This document shows, in pieces, positions 1 through 10,058 of a stretch of 64,000 nt of DNA (position 1 is its first letter; every line of letters starts with the position of its first letter). Location: the IMG/VR virus record IMGVR_UViG_3300046522_000297, positions 1 through 64,000 of that record, one strand, 5' to 3'. A program made the translations under genes and the position numbers. Below the pieces are notes generated by a model. The model had not been told where the DNA came from. It did not search any database and saw nothing but the letters and a program-made list of their open reading frames with translations. Source of the stretch: a virus.

Positions 1-298
1 AATCCATCAAATTAAAATTCGTCTGCTTATCTATAACGTTACCAGTGGCGTTATCGGTAAGAGTGAGGGTGGCGGAGATTGGATAAGTCAAAGACTTACC
101 TTCTAGAATAGCTCTTTTCTCGTCCTCATGAGTATATTCAATGCGTTTAGCCTGAATATCGGAAACACTGAGCGTGTATTTTTTTGTTGTGATAGGGAAC
201 TGGGAAAGTAACCCGTTTATAAGAGCATGGTCTACTCTCTCATTAGTCTGCTTAGGGGAACTAAAAATTGGGGTTAATTCTTGAGCTGATACCGGCAT
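1..298 (-). CDS. N-terminus of a multisubunit RNA polymerase beta-like subunit (truncated by window edge)
   Basis: Open from ATG at 298 (RBS AAGGAAG upstream) to the edge: MPVSAQELTP...SQFPITTKKYTLSVSDIQAKRIEYTHEDEKRAILEGKSLTYPISATLTLTDNATGNVIDKQTNFNLMD. This resembles the RpoB FPI...(EC)..RG.TY.APL.V.LRL....TGE..EQ.V.MGD segment. Not in the ORF track. Confidence 0.55.
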   Translation of the reverse strand, partial: MPVSAQELTPIFSSPKQTNERVDHALINGLLSQFPITTKKYTLSVSDIQAKRIEYTHEDEKRAILEGKSLTYPISATLTLTDNATGNVIDKQTNFNLMD

Positions 299-330
299 TA
301 TATCTTCCTTAAATCAATTACTGTGTTATT

Positions 331-627
331 TTAAACCTGTTGAATCTTCTCAAGATAGGTAACAATCATGAAGTACTTGTCCATGAATGTAAATTTATCT
401 TTTTGCAATACAACGACTTCCTCAGCTTTGAGGCCTTTAGTCTCGATGATCTCAAGCTCCGCCATTGCACCCATATCATCTAGGTCAAACTTGCCGTAGC
501 GGACTCTATAATCAACAGGGTTGAAGGCCGAAGCCCCTGGCCCAGGGCCGAAGCCCGGGAGAGAGAGAACTTCAGCCTTTACAGGAATCGAAGCAGCCAT
601 TGCTGCTGCGCTATTATTTTCTGCCAT
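331..627 (-). CDS. hypothetical protein
   Basis: 98-aa ORF coupled to the upstream gene. Confidence 0.7.
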   Translation of the reverse strand: MAENNSAAAMAASIPVKAEVLSLPGFGPGPGASAFNPVDYRVRYGKFDLDDMGAMAELEIIETKGLKAEEVVVLQKDKFTFMDKYFMIVTYLEKIQQV

Positions 628-2453
628 TATTCTTTTTCGCTATTAGGTTTTTTAGGAGTTGCCGGATCCTGTTTGGCTCCAGCACCGTCTTTTTTAGGTT
701 TACCACCGGAAGGGCCTGAGCCCCCGGGTTCTCCGCCCGCTGCTTCCTGTTGCATCGAAGCCGTCTGGGCATTCATCTGGCTCTGCTCTGCGTATTCCGA
801 CAAGAGCTGAGAAACCATCAGGTACATTGAGTAGTCTTCTACTCTTAGTTGACCCATGACTGCCATTTGTTGTTTCTCATCCGTCATCGAGAACAACTCT
901 TGAGCAATCGCCTGACCTTTGGCAAGAACCGTACGGTAGTCCGAGTTATTATCGAATCTATCCACCACTTCCTTACCTGCCACAAACACTGCCTGATCAA
1001 CTGCAAACTTGGTACGGACATCCGAGGTGGCCTTGAGAATAGCAGCTTTCTCTTGAGATTTCAACTCGTCGTCGTATTTCATACCGAAAGCTTCGAACAA
1101 GGTCTCTGGGCTGCATTCCTGAGTAGTATGCAACTGCAGAAGCATCTGTCTAAGAGCATCGTCGTCCGTTAGTTTGAACGGGGTTAAAGTAACTTTGCAA
1201 GTTTCAATGCCTAGATACTTACTCACCCTGGTCATTACCCAATTCAGAAGACCTTCGATCTGGCTAGTATAGGTGTTCATGGTGTTCTGTAGAAGTCTCA
1301 GACCCACCGTAGAACTACTCCAGTTAGTAACACCTGACAGTAGTTCTTTACTTACACCTAGACTCAGTAGGATACTCTCTTCGGCTTGAGCAATTTCCTG
1401 ACTTACCAACAGATTTCTACCTTCTCCGCTAATAGCCTGGTATCCGATAGGTACTGGGGCTACTAGAACGTGATTCCTGTCTCGCTTATGTTTTATAAAA
1501 GCTTCGGTCATGTTAGACACAAAGTTTCTCATCGAGATGGAGACTACTGGATCACTGTTACCAGTCTGCGGAGTTGGGTACACAACCCTCATAGGATTCA
1601 TGAAATCCGTAGAAATGCTCTCGTTAGCCTTTCTCAGAGTAGCCTGATAAAACACTAGTCCAAACAAACTAATCAGAGGAGGGACCGCAATACCATTAAT
1701 CTGATGGCCAGCACTGATATTTTTCAGGTGGAAGATGTTACCCTTATCAAATTTGAAGTCCTGGTTGTTCTGAATCGCCTTAACCATGCTCCAGGGTATA
1801 CTATCTACAAACAATCGGTCACCGATCTGTACCCGTTTCTTTATATCGTTAGGGATTTTGTAGTAGTACTCGCTCTCCCCAGTAATCGGATTATGGTTGA
1901 CTGCGATATTTGTAGGATCCCATTTGATGAGATTCATATTCTCAATAGAAAGATCCTTTTTGTCGCTTACCTTCAGAGCCCCTTTATATTTACAAGCGGG
2001 GCATTCCCCCTGGAACTCATAATTTTTAAAGGTAACCCAGTTGCAGTTCTTAGCGAAGTATGAAGTATTGCAATGAGTACACTCTAAATTCCTGTGCACA
2101 GGGAAATAGATGCTTACAAAAACGTTACCTACTGTGTAATATTCGAATCCTACATCATGGAGAGCAGGCTTCAGTCTGAAACTTTCGAATACTTCTTCGT
2201 ATTTTTCTTTAATTTGTTGGCTAGTAGTGTCTACAACAAAGTCTGTAATCGGATAAGTGCTCAGTTTTCTGATAACTTCCGTTACTACCGGGCTCTGGGT
2301 AGTGATGTATCGGGACCAGCGGATGACATCATGGAGGTTGCGGGGTAAGAACTGGTTCGCAACCGTGAAATATGGATTAGTTGTAGCTGCATAGGAGCCT
2401 CCCGGTAAGGCAGAAGTGCCTGGAATTGGAGGAGGGTTAAAGCTATCGTACAT
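627..2453 (-). CDS. putative portal protein with a CxxC...CxxC zinc-ribbon insertion
   Basis: 608 aa; size, the IFHLK...G.AVPPL segment, helical middle region and low-complexity C-tail are typical of large-phage portals; CTHC/CPAC pair. Confidence 0.5.
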   Translation of the reverse strand: MYDSFNPPPIPGTSALPGGSYAATTNPYFTVANQFLPRNLHDVIRWSRYITTQSPVVTEVIRKLSTYPITDFVVDTTSQQIKEKYEEVFESFRLKPALHDVGFEYYTVGNVFVSIYFPVHRNLECTHCNTSYFAKNCNWVTFKNYEFQGECPACKYKGALKVSDKKDLSIENMNLIKWDPTNIAVNHNPITGESEYYYKIPNDIKKRVQIGDRLFVDSIPWSMVKAIQNNQDFKFDKGNIFHLKNISAGHQINGIAVPPLISLFGLVFYQATLRKANESISTDFMNPMRVVYPTPQTGNSDPVVSISMRNFVSNMTEAFIKHKRDRNHVLVAPVPIGYQAISGEGRNLLVSQEIAQAEESILLSLGVSKELLSGVTNWSSSTVGLRLLQNTMNTYTSQIEGLLNWVMTRVSKYLGIETCKVTLTPFKLTDDDALRQMLLQLHTTQECSPETLFEAFGMKYDDELKSQEKAAILKATSDVRTKFAVDQAVFVAGKEVVDRFDNNSDYRTVLAKGQAIAQELFSMTDEKQQMAVMGQLRVEDYSMYLMVSQLLSEYAEQSQMNAQTASMQQEAAGGEPGGSGPSGGKPKKDGAGAKQDPATPKKPNSEKE

Positions 2454-2530
2454 TTATATAGTCCTTACGTAGAATATCGTACCCTTATTTTAAGGGAAAG
2501 TGTGTAATTAGTCAATTTTTAACCTCCAAA

Positions 2531-2540
2531 TTTGGTATAA
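2531..2540 (+). promoter_or_regulatory. phage promoter motif TTTGGTATAA-N4-ART
   Basis: intergenic copy of a ~20x repeated motif upstream of an ORF. Confidence 0.75.
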
Positions 2541-2591
2541 GTATAATATATAAAACTATATCTCTATAACATTTTCAAGAAGGAAAATATT

Positions 2592-2798
2592 ATGAGCACG
2601 CAACAGCAGAAAGATCCGCAAACGGAATCTCAACGTTTGGACAATATCGAGCAAAGACTCGAAAAGGTTGAAAAACTTGTCGGCAAAACCCGTACTTTAG
2701 TAGGGGTTGCCATCGTAGCATATTTTGCAGGTGCTGTTCTTACCAAAAGGACACCTCCCAAGTACCTGATCGTGGAGTCTCGGGGCTCTGAATTGTAA
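2592..2798 (+). CDS. small protein with C-terminal hydrophobic helix
   Basis: RBS AAGGA; LVGVAIVAYFAGAVL segment. Confidence 0.7.
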   Translation: MSTQQQKDPQTESQRLDNIEQRLEKVEKLVGKTRTLVGVAIVAYFAGAVLTKRTPPKYLIVESRGSEL

Positions 2799-2841
2799 CA
2801 CAGGGCTTTAGCCCATAAGTCTTTTACAGGAATACGAAATT

Positions 2842-3105
2842 ATGCAAACCGTTCAATCTCAAAAGAAGACCGCAATTAAGGAATCTGAGGACCTTCTGAA
2901 TCGTCTGCGTTATGGAGGTACTCGTAACGGCTTCAAAAGAGATTTTCAAGATGAACCTTATGACGGCAAGGACCGTCGAGCAGATGCGGATCGTCGCAGG
3001 GCCGTCGCAACCTCTACGAATCCCAGTATCAGGACACTGATGATTGGGGTCTTGGGGGCCTTGGCTACCGGCGCAGGATGCGCTATGGTCCGGGATAAGC
3101 TGTAA
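2842..3105 (+). CDS. small protein with C-terminal hydrophobic helix
   Basis: RBS CAGGA; LMIGVLGALATGAGCAMV. Confidence 0.7.
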   Translation: MQTVQSQKKTAIKESEDLLNRLRYGGTRNGFKRDFQDEPYDGKDRRADADRRRAVATSTNPSIRTLMIGVLGALATGAGCAMVRDKL

Positions 3106-3127
3106 AAATTAAATATTGCTCAGTCAA

Positions 3128-3137
3128 TTTGGTATAA
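3128..3137 (+). promoter_or_regulatory. phage promoter motif
   Basis: TTTGGTATAA ATAA AGTG. Confidence 0.75.
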
Positions 3138-3207
3138 ATAAAGTGTAGAGAAAACTGTAACAAACAGAACTCGACATTTCAACCCACCTAAACTAGGAGA
3201 TTCAAAC

Positions 3208-3426
3208 ATGGACACCAACAACAACGGCGTGGCACAAGATCCGGCAGCAGTCGCAGCAGCTCGTATGGCCAAGATGGAAAAGATGAAGGGCATGGCCGTC
3301 AGCTCCGGCAAAGCCATCGGTTTCATGGCCATCGGCGCTGCCCTGACCGTCGGCATCGGCAAACTGCGCGGCGGCCGCAAGGATACGGTCACTGTCATGG
3401 AAGCGGCGCCGGCTGAAATGGCGTAA
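3208..3426 (+). CDS. small protein with hydrophobic helix
   Basis: RBS AGGAG; strongly C-ending codons; AIGFMAIGAALTVGIG. Confidence 0.75.
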   Translation: MDTNNNGVAQDPAAVAAARMAKMEKMKGMAVSSGKAIGFMAIGAALTVGIGKLRGGRKDTVTVMEAAPAEMA

Positions 3427-3487
3427 CACGTAATACTCGGAGCGGGTCCGCGCAGGTCCCCTCCGAGGTTAAATAAGTAGTGCCCCG

Positions 3488-3497
3488 TTTGGTATAA
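3488..3497 (+). promoter_or_regulatory. phage promoter motif
   Basis: TTTGGTATAA GTAT AGTA followed by hairpin GTATAGAG...CTCTATAC. Confidence 0.75.
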
Positions 3498-3579
3498 GTA
3501 TAGTATAGAGAAACATACCTCCCTGTATGCTCTATACGTGCAGGTATTTCCCAATTAACCCAGGATCAGGAGAACAAAA

Positions 3580-3924
3580 ATGTCGAACGCAAACCCCAAC
3601 AAATCCGAAAGCAGTTTGTCGTCCCTGTCGCAAGCAGACATCGACCGTATCGCAGGCGAGGCCGTGTCCGCAGCGAAGATCGCAGCGAAGTCCGCCGCAG
3701 CAGAAGAAGTTGCCAGCCGTATCGGCGATGTCGAAATGACTGCAGCGAGGGCAGCGGCGGCTGCAGCGAGCGAAGCAATCGCCCGGCAGCAGAAGGCAAA
3801 CAAGATGAAAGAATACGGCACGATCGCCGGCATCTCCCTCGGAACCTTCGCCCTCGGCACCCTGGGTATGGCCGGGTACGACAAATTCCGCAACCGCAAC
3901 AACCCCGGCAATCGCCACCAGTAA
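3580..3924 (+). CDS. Ala-rich protein with C-terminal hydrophobic helix
   Basis: RBS AGGAG; IAGISLGTFALGTLGMAG. Confidence 0.75.
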   Translation: MSNANPNKSESSLSSLSQADIDRIAGEAVSAAKIAAKSAAAEEVASRIGDVEMTAARAAAAAASEAIARQQKANKMKEYGTIAGISLGTFALGTLGMAGYDKFRNRNNPGNRHQ

Positions 3925-4038
3925 CACTAATACTATCGGAGCACGTACAAGTTATAGGGGAACACGTGCTCCGGTAGTAAGAACTAAAGTTCTCCTAAAT
4001 CTGTTTTATCACAGAAAACCTGCGCAAACGGAAATACG

Positions 4039-4371
4039 ATGGTAGAAGAAAAAGTAAGAAACTACAGGTCCCACAAGGAGACCGTGGTCCAAAACCGGGA
4101 ACCTGAAAGTCTTGCGGAGCTGTTTAACGAGGGGAAGGAAGTCGAGGGCGACGAGAAGGAAGAGGTGGTACGTGCAGCGTTCCGTCGTCAACTCGATCAA
4201 CAAATTTCCCAAGCTGCAGAATCCCACAAGATGAGCATGAAGGAACGTCAGAGCGCAGTCATCGCAACGAAAGCAGCAACAGTGTTCTTCGGAACCTGGG
4301 CTACTATCGGGGTGGCGATGCTGGCGAGATCGTGCATCAACTTCGACAAAGGTCCGAAGTTCAAAGTATAG
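4039..4371 (+). CDS. protein with C-terminal hydrophobic helix
   Basis: 110-aa ORF followed by a terminator-like hairpin; AATVFFGTWATIGVAMLA. Confidence 0.7.
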   Translation: MVEEKVRNYRSHKETVVQNREPESLAELFNEGKEVEGDEKEEVVRAAFRRQLDQQISQAAESHKMSMKERQSAVIATKAATVFFGTWATIGVAMLARSCINFDKGPKFKV

Positions 4372-4443
4372 TTAATATACTCAGTAGTCGGGGAATTCGA
4401 CAATGTCGATTCCCTGGCATTTTTTTAGTTAAACGAGGCCATC

Positions 4444-4767
4444 TTGATAGACTTTACTTTTAATAACCCCTTAATTCGCAAGTACTTTGAAGGCGATGAT
4501 TCTTACGTACCAAGTGCAGAGCTTGTGTATCTACATGAACATCCACTTATAACTCAGTCTTTTTTAGTAGAGATGGAAGTTCTCATAAATAAAACTGCTC
4601 TGCATATACAAAAGAAAAACGTGGTAGGTAACCTTACCAATAAATTTATCAATGCTGCAATAAACTTAGGGGCAGAATTGCCGACTGTAAATCAGCAAAA
4701 CGCCCCTATTATATTGGCTGAACTTAGAACAGTGTATAAGCTCTGTAATTCGTTATTGAACCAGTGA
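4444..4767 (+). CDS. hypothetical protein
   Basis: 107-aa ORF, TTG start after GAGG. Confidence 0.55.
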   Translation: MIDFTFNNPLIRKYFEGDDSYVPSAELVYLHEHPLITQSFLVEMEVLINKTALHIQKKNVVGNLTNKFINAAINLGAELPTVNQQNAPIILAELRTVYKLCNSLLNQ

Positions 4768-5931
4768 AGCAGAAACGATCTGGAAAAGACCTCCGTTGGT
4801 ATCCGAAGCGTCACTACCCATTCTCTCAAGGATGATACTGAGGAATTCACGGTTTACTTTCCAAACACCATTTACGAAAGTAGCAAATTCCGTAACAGGT
4901 ACTGATAGTTGAGTCGTGTAAGTCTGTACGCTGTTAGGAGTACTCGACATGGGGACAGGTTCGGATCCAGCTACGATTTCGGTAGTAGTAATAAGGTCCG
5001 CTGCTGCGTATGCTTTGAATCGGAATCTCATCATTGCATTACCACCGCCAACGGAGTTAGTGTACGAAATCTTAACTTTGATAGGCAGATACGGATTCAC
5101 TAGAACTTCAGACAGCGATGAGGTCAGGGAAATACCAGAGATGGAATCCTGGTCCATACTGTAGACCGGAATATCATTAACGGTAGTCTTCGTAGCTCCA
5201 CCCGTAGTCAAGGTGTTTGGAGTAACCGATCTAAGCATACCACGTGCCTTAGGAGCATTGGCGTGCAGTTGTACTTTGAATGCAGTGCTTCCTTGAGTCA
5301 GGGTTATATTATAAATCGGGAATTTACCTGCAGAAGTAGCAGCAGGAACTTCAGAACCCGTAGCTGCAGCAACGCCTGCCAGCAACGACAGTTTGAGTTC
5401 GCCATTCAGGATAATCGAAGGCAGATACGTATTGGTAGCATCAACGTATGGCACCGTACTGGTCGTCATCGTGGTGTTGTTCAGTTCTACGAATTGACCT
5501 TCTATCGTATAAACAATAGATGTTCCTGCCGTAGTCGGAGAAGGCACGTTGAAATCAGACATCACAGTGATTAATGCTTGCTTTACGATACTATCCGTAA
5601 GGTTGGCATTGATTGCACGAGATTCATAATATGCTCCCGGGCCGATGCGAATAGCGTTGGAAGCGATTTTAGAAACTGACAGTCCGCTCAGGGCGATTGC
5701 AGTTCCCTGGCTGTTTGTCATTACTTCGGAAAGAAGACTCGATAGGTTTAGACCCAACATAGCAGCCGCACGACGAGACGAATCTCCCGCAACTCGGGAT
5801 GCTTTGATGTTAGTGTCTAGGTCGCCTAACGGGCGATTGTCCACCGTATAAAAGTACGGGTCCAGGGCCGTGTAGTATCTCACCTCGCCGTAGTTGGAGT
5901 CGTCTTGTGGTAGGAAAGCTGGAGTTGACAT
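4753..5931 (-). CDS. putative virion structural (tail/baseplate-associated) protein
   Basis: 392 aa, Ser/Thr/Gly-rich beta-type composition, same strand as the portal-like gene. Confidence 0.45.
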   Translation of the reverse strand: MSTPAFLPQDDSNYGEVRYYTALDPYFYTVDNRPLGDLDTNIKASRVAGDSSRRAAAMLGLNLSSLLSEVMTNSQGTAIALSGLSVSKIASNAIRIGPGAYYESRAINANLTDSIVKQALITVMSDFNVPSPTTAGTSIVYTIEGQFVELNNTTMTTSTVPYVDATNTYLPSIILNGELKLSLLAGVAAATGSEVPAATSAGKFPIYNITLTQGSTAFKVQLHANAPKARGMLRSVTPNTLTTGGATKTTVNDIPVYSMDQDSISGISLTSSLSEVLVNPYLPIKVKISYTNSVGGGNAMMRFRFKAYAAADLITTTEIVAGSEPVPMSSTPNSVQTYTTQLSVPVTEFATFVNGVWKVNREFLSIILERMGSDASDTNGGLFQIVSASLVQ

Positions 5932-6024
5932 TATTTTTAGTTCCTGTATTTAAATGTTTGATGGTATAATGAACTTACCATAGTTTAATATATTAATCTT
6001 CTTTAAGTCAAGGAAACGGTCTAT

Positions 6025-6468
6025 ATGAATTTAGTCATAGATATCACTCTAAGGGGCATACTCATAGAGCTAAACGGGGAATGCACCTTCATCCCCTGGC
6101 TACTGTTTGTTCCTTTCAGCGGCATAGGGGTAATATCCTACTCCACCTCCAAAGATGTTAACGTACCTTATAACAGGTCTGACAAACTAACAGGATTTGA
6201 TGTAGGAGAGTTGATCCCGGAATGGGTCAAGTTCAAGTACCCCTCTGAACATTTAATAGTACTAACTGAAGTCAATGTGCAGGCCAAGAATATACAGTTT
6301 TGGGCAAAAGTGCCGAAGACTGAAAGTCAGTTCTTCCTCAAGGATTTAGTGGTACTTTTCTGTAAGGATAAAAGCGAAGTCATAAGATTAGTGGAGAACA
6401 TTCCCAGGGGCTTCGCAGATGCAAAAGGATTCTCTGCAGGAGAATTATTAATAGATAATAAGGATTGA
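6025..6468 (+). CDS. hypothetical protein
   Basis: RBS AAGGA; 147 aa. Confidence 0.65.
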   Translation: MNLVIDITLRGILIELNGECTFIPWLLFVPFSGIGVISYSTSKDVNVPYNRSDKLTGFDVGELIPEWVKFKYPSEHLIVLTEVNVQAKNIQFWAKVPKTESQFFLKDLVVLFCKDKSEVIRLVENIPRGFADAKGFSAGELLIDNKD

Positions 6469-6469
6469 A

Positions 6470-6715
6470 ATGGTCGGATACTGTTATTTAGACCTCGACG
6501 GGCATGTAACTTATAAGACGGAAAACTATATATCAAGTATAGATCCCGGTTTCTTCAGTAACAATAGACACCTCATAGTCAAATATTGGAAGTTCGATAC
6601 TGACGATCGTTCCAGCATGGTTAGGCTCATGAGGGATTTTACGGACCTCAAGCTTCAGGTAACCTCCGTAGAGAACTTCTTCAGAAGCATTAACTTCGTT
6701 CCAAAGAAATCGTAA
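6470..6715 (+). CDS. hypothetical protein
   Basis: coupled between neighbours. Confidence 0.65.
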   Translation: MVGYCYLDLDGHVTYKTENYISSIDPGFFSNNRHLIVKYWKFDTDDRSSMVRLMRDFTDLKLQVTSVENFFRSINFVPKKS

Positions 6716-8457
6716 TGCAAATAAAATTTAATGTTTTAAAGGACCGCGTTCTTTTTATCAATGAGAACGCTACTGAATACAAGAACATGATGAAGTTCCC
6801 GGCCTTTCTTCGTGAAGGGCCGTACTTTTATGTGCCTGCGAAAATACACATCGTTTACAACGTAGTGTCTCGGTTACAAACTGCGTTCAAGAATATTTCC
6901 ATAGGTAAGGATGTCTTGGAATTCATGAACCAGCCTATGAAGCTTAAGACTCTACCTGAAGATTTCAAGTTCATGACGGAACCCATGAAAGCACAAGAGG
7001 TGGCTCTACGATACCTGTATACGGTTGGTAGCGGTGGCCTTCTCATGGATCCGGGTATGGGCAAATCCAAAGTAGCCCTAGACTATATTGCTTTGATGAA
7101 GTTTAGGCGGAGCATTATTGCCTGTCCCAAACCTTTATGTTTCGTGTGGGAAGATGAGGTTGCAAAACATAGACCTGACCTGACTATCCATGTATTTGAA
7201 ACCACTGACTGGGACAAAGAATGGGAAAAGGCTAAGGACAAGGACATTATCTGTATGAATTACTCAAAGATAAGTCTGTTAAAAGATCAACTGGCTAAAG
7301 TACCGTTTGATTTCATCCATCTTGATGAGTTCCTGATCAAAGATCCCAGCACTGAAAGAACCAAGGATATTACCGCACTGTCTAAACGTATCCCGTATCA
7401 TTGTGGCGGTTCCGGTACCCTTATCAATAATTCCATACTGGATGCATTTGCACCGATACGTTTCCTTGAACCCTCCTTGGTAGGTTATAACTTCACCCAT
7501 TTCAAGGATAGGCACACTATCAAGAATCCTAAAGATCCGAGAATGGTAGTCAACTATTACAAACAAGATGAAGTTCGTAGCACACTTGAAAGCTGCTGCA
7601 TTGTAATGACGAAAGAGGAGTGGCTCGAATTGCCACCGAAAAACTTCAAGGATGTATATGTAAATCTTGGAGACGATCAGAGAGATTTCTACTCCAGCCT
7701 TAGTCGTAACTACATCGCCAGTATCAACGGTAAGGACGTTGAGATTGATAATGCTTTGGTTATGATGTCTAAGCTTTACCAGGTCTCTAATGGCTTTATA
7801 TACGTGGGGGCAAAGACGGAGGAGGGATCTGACGAAGTCTTAGACCTCGTTGGAGAAGACGGGAAGAAGAAAAAGAAGGCGCCTCGCACTACCGAGTTCT
7901 TCCAAAACCAGCCCAAGCTGGATGCCCTTATGAAAATTCTAAAAGAAGATGCTAAGGGTAAGCGTGGAATTATCTGGTTCAACTTTGCTGCAGAATTAGA
8001 CCTCATCAGGGCGGCACTGGAGAAAGAAGGTATAACCTATAGCACTATCGTGGGTGGGACGAAGAACCTGGGCAGCGTAGTAAGAGACTTTAATAACAAT
8101 CCTAATACTCAATGGCTAGTAGCTCAAGCTAAAGCGGTTAATTATGGTATCACGGTGCTGGGTACTACTCTTGAAAAACTAGAAAATAGTGACATAGAGA
8201 TTTTCCCCGACATAGCTCCTGAAGTCCATACAGAGATCTTCTATTCTTGTAATTTTTCTTTGGAAGTTTATTTACAACAACAAGACCGTATTCACCGTAT
8301 CGGTCAAAAACATAACTGTGACTACTACCGGATATTCGCAAACACTAACGTTGAGCAACAGATTAGAAAAGCATTAGATGAGAAAATGACAATTAGAAAA
8401 GAGATGCTTATTGATATTGCGGAGAAACTTAAAGAAACTCCGGATTTTGCGGTATAA
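6715..8457 (+). CDS. SNF2-like superfamily 2 helicase
   Basis: motif I DPGMGKS, II IHLDE, III SGT, VI QQQDRIHRIGQ. Confidence 0.9.
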   Translation: MQIKFNVLKDRVLFINENATEYKNMMKFPAFLREGPYFYVPAKIHIVYNVVSRLQTAFKNISIGKDVLEFMNQPMKLKTLPEDFKFMTEPMKAQEVALRYLYTVGSGGLLMDPGMGKSKVALDYIALMKFRRSIIACPKPLCFVWEDEVAKHRPDLTIHVFETTDWDKEWEKAKDKDIICMNYSKISLLKDQLAKVPFDFIHLDEFLIKDPSTERTKDITALSKRIPYHCGGSGTLINNSILDAFAPIRFLEPSLVGYNFTHFKDRHTIKNPKDPRMVVNYYKQDEVRSTLESCCIVMTKEEWLELPPKNFKDVYVNLGDDQRDFYSSLSRNYIASINGKDVEIDNALVMMSKLYQVSNGFIYVGAKTEEGSDEVLDLVGEDGKKKKKAPRTTEFFQNQPKLDALMKILKEDAKGKRGIIWFNFAAELDLIRAALEKEGITYSTIVGGTKNLGSVVRDFNNNPNTQWLVAQAKAVNYGITVLGTTLEKLENSDIEIFPDIAPEVHTEIFYSCNFSLEVYLQQQDRIHRIGQKHNCDYYRIFANTNVEQQIRKALDEKMTIRKEMLIDIAEKLKETPDFAV

Positions 8458-8505
8458 GGTTTGTGTATAGAGATATACGCTTTTTTGTTAACTAAAGGAA
8501 ATTCA

Positions 8506-8697
8506 ATGTTTCGTAATCTTACCCCTCTCAGGATTCTGGTCCTGTTCGCACTCGCACTGTTGGCCTCACTCGGGGTCTTCGTGGTACTGAAGATCTTCCT
8601 GGCCCTCGGCATTGCCTTTATCATCGGTCTAACTACAGGCGTGTTCTTCACCACCGTGTTCTTCCTCCGTAAGAAGAAGAGTGGACGTTTCGGCTGA
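8506..8697 (+). CDS. small membrane protein
   Basis: RBS AAGGA, two hydrophobic helices, basic tail. Confidence 0.65.
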   Translation: MFRNLTPLRILVLFALALLASLGVFVVLKIFLALGIAFIIGLTTGVFFTTVFFLRKKKSGRFG

Positions 8698-8799
8698 TGA
8701 TTTACTCGGGCTGCTATTCTGGATAGCGGCCTTTTTTATTGTTCTGTACGCTTTGGCAATCTGGGTAACATCTCAGAGAAAACAGATTGATAAGGAGAC

Positions 8800-9051
8800 A
8801 TGTTGTACAGATATACAGTAAAACCCGAATTCATAGAGCCGGGAAATCCTGATAAGTACGTAAGCTATTCATGGTTTATTACTAAGATATCCTCCTATTT
8901 AAAAGAGCCTTTCGCAAACCCCTGCACTTGGTGGGCTTTTAAATTTTCTGATAAGTTTTGCTTTTATAGCAGAATAAAAATAACAGATTTTATCTATATG
9001 AATGGCAGATCCTTTCCAGTCTTGATGTTCGACGAAGTCGAGGTTAAATAA
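8800..9051 (+). CDS. hypothetical protein
   Basis: RBS AAGGAG. Confidence 0.55.
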   Translation: MLYRYTVKPEFIEPGNPDKYVSYSWFITKISSYLKEPFANPCTWWAFKFSDKFCFYSRIKITDFIYMNGRSFPVLMFDEVEVK

Positions 9052-9062
9052 CTCTTCCGTAA

Positions 9063-9072
9063 TTTGGTATAA
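9063..9072 (+). promoter_or_regulatory. phage promoter motif
   Basis: TTTGGTATAA GAAA AGTG + hairpin GCCTA/TAGGC. Confidence 0.75.
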
Positions 9073-9369
9073 GAAAAGTGCCTAGATAATATAGGCGTTA
9101 TTTTCTATAACTAAATACCCGCCCGGGAACTGAGGAAGTTTAACAATGGCACTCGACTGCACTGATTGCAAGAACAAAATGAATTCCATGAGCCAAGGGT
9201 ACTGTACCCAATTCGCCATGGCACCCCAACTCGACTCGTGTGAATTACACAGCGAGAAACACGCAGCTGCAAACGCTGCTGAACCGTCGGGCTCGTACAT
9301 CTGGCTAGGAGAAGTACGTACGCTCGACAGCATCACCCATATGTCCGTTTAATAAAAAGGAATCCACCC

Positions 9370-10029
9370 ATGACTACCGTCACCAATCTGACCGCAGACC
9401 AAGCATCCCGTATCGCCAAGCTGAGCACTGCGGCCCTAAACGGCTTCCAGGCGAAGTTCGAACGCATCAACAAGCGCCTGCCGGACGCCGAAGAGATCAA
9501 GCTCTTCACCGATGGTACTTTCGCCAAGATCATCGACTCGGTCACGTCGACCACGAAATCGGCTGACGACAAGGCCGAACGTGCCGTCCGTACCCAGAAC
9601 GTCCTGGCTGCTGCCAAGGCCGCTGGTGGCGTCAAGTTCTTCCATCGCCGGGAACAGGAAGCGATCGACCACGTCGTTGCAATCGACAAGATCACCGATC
9701 GCATCTACGAAGAGATCGTCAACGTCGAAATCGTCAACGCTACGCTGGGCGGTCAGACCTTCGCCTACAAATACGTCCTGGACGAGAATAACGACTTGTT
9801 CATGGTTTACACGACGGCCTTCTGCCGCAACGACGAACCGTTCGATCCGCTGATCGGCATGGAGATCGCTCTGGACAAGTTCCTGAAGAGCGAAGCCATC
9901 CGTACCCCGATTCAGCACGAACGCTTCGGCCAGGTCAAGCTGACCCAACTGGCGTCGAACTTCAAATACGTCGAAAACAAAACGGCTGAAGGCAACAAAC
10001 GTATTGTCGAGTCCGTCAACCCGGCGTAA
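9370..10029 (+). CDS. hypothetical protein (highly expressed-type codon bias)
   Basis: RBS AAGGA, 219 aa, strong C-ending codon bias. Confidence 0.8.
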   Translation: MTTVTNLTADQASRIAKLSTAALNGFQAKFERINKRLPDAEEIKLFTDGTFAKIIDSVTSTTKSADDKAERAVRTQNVLAAAKAAGGVKFFHRREQEAIDHVVAIDKITDRIYEEIVNVEIVNATLGGQTFAYKYVLDENNDLFMVYTTAFCRNDEPFDPLIGMEIALDKFLKSEAIRTPIQHERFGQVKLTQLASNFKYVENKTAEGNKRIVESVNPA

Positions 10030-10058
10030 CCCACTCAACATAAGAAGGGAATAATAGT

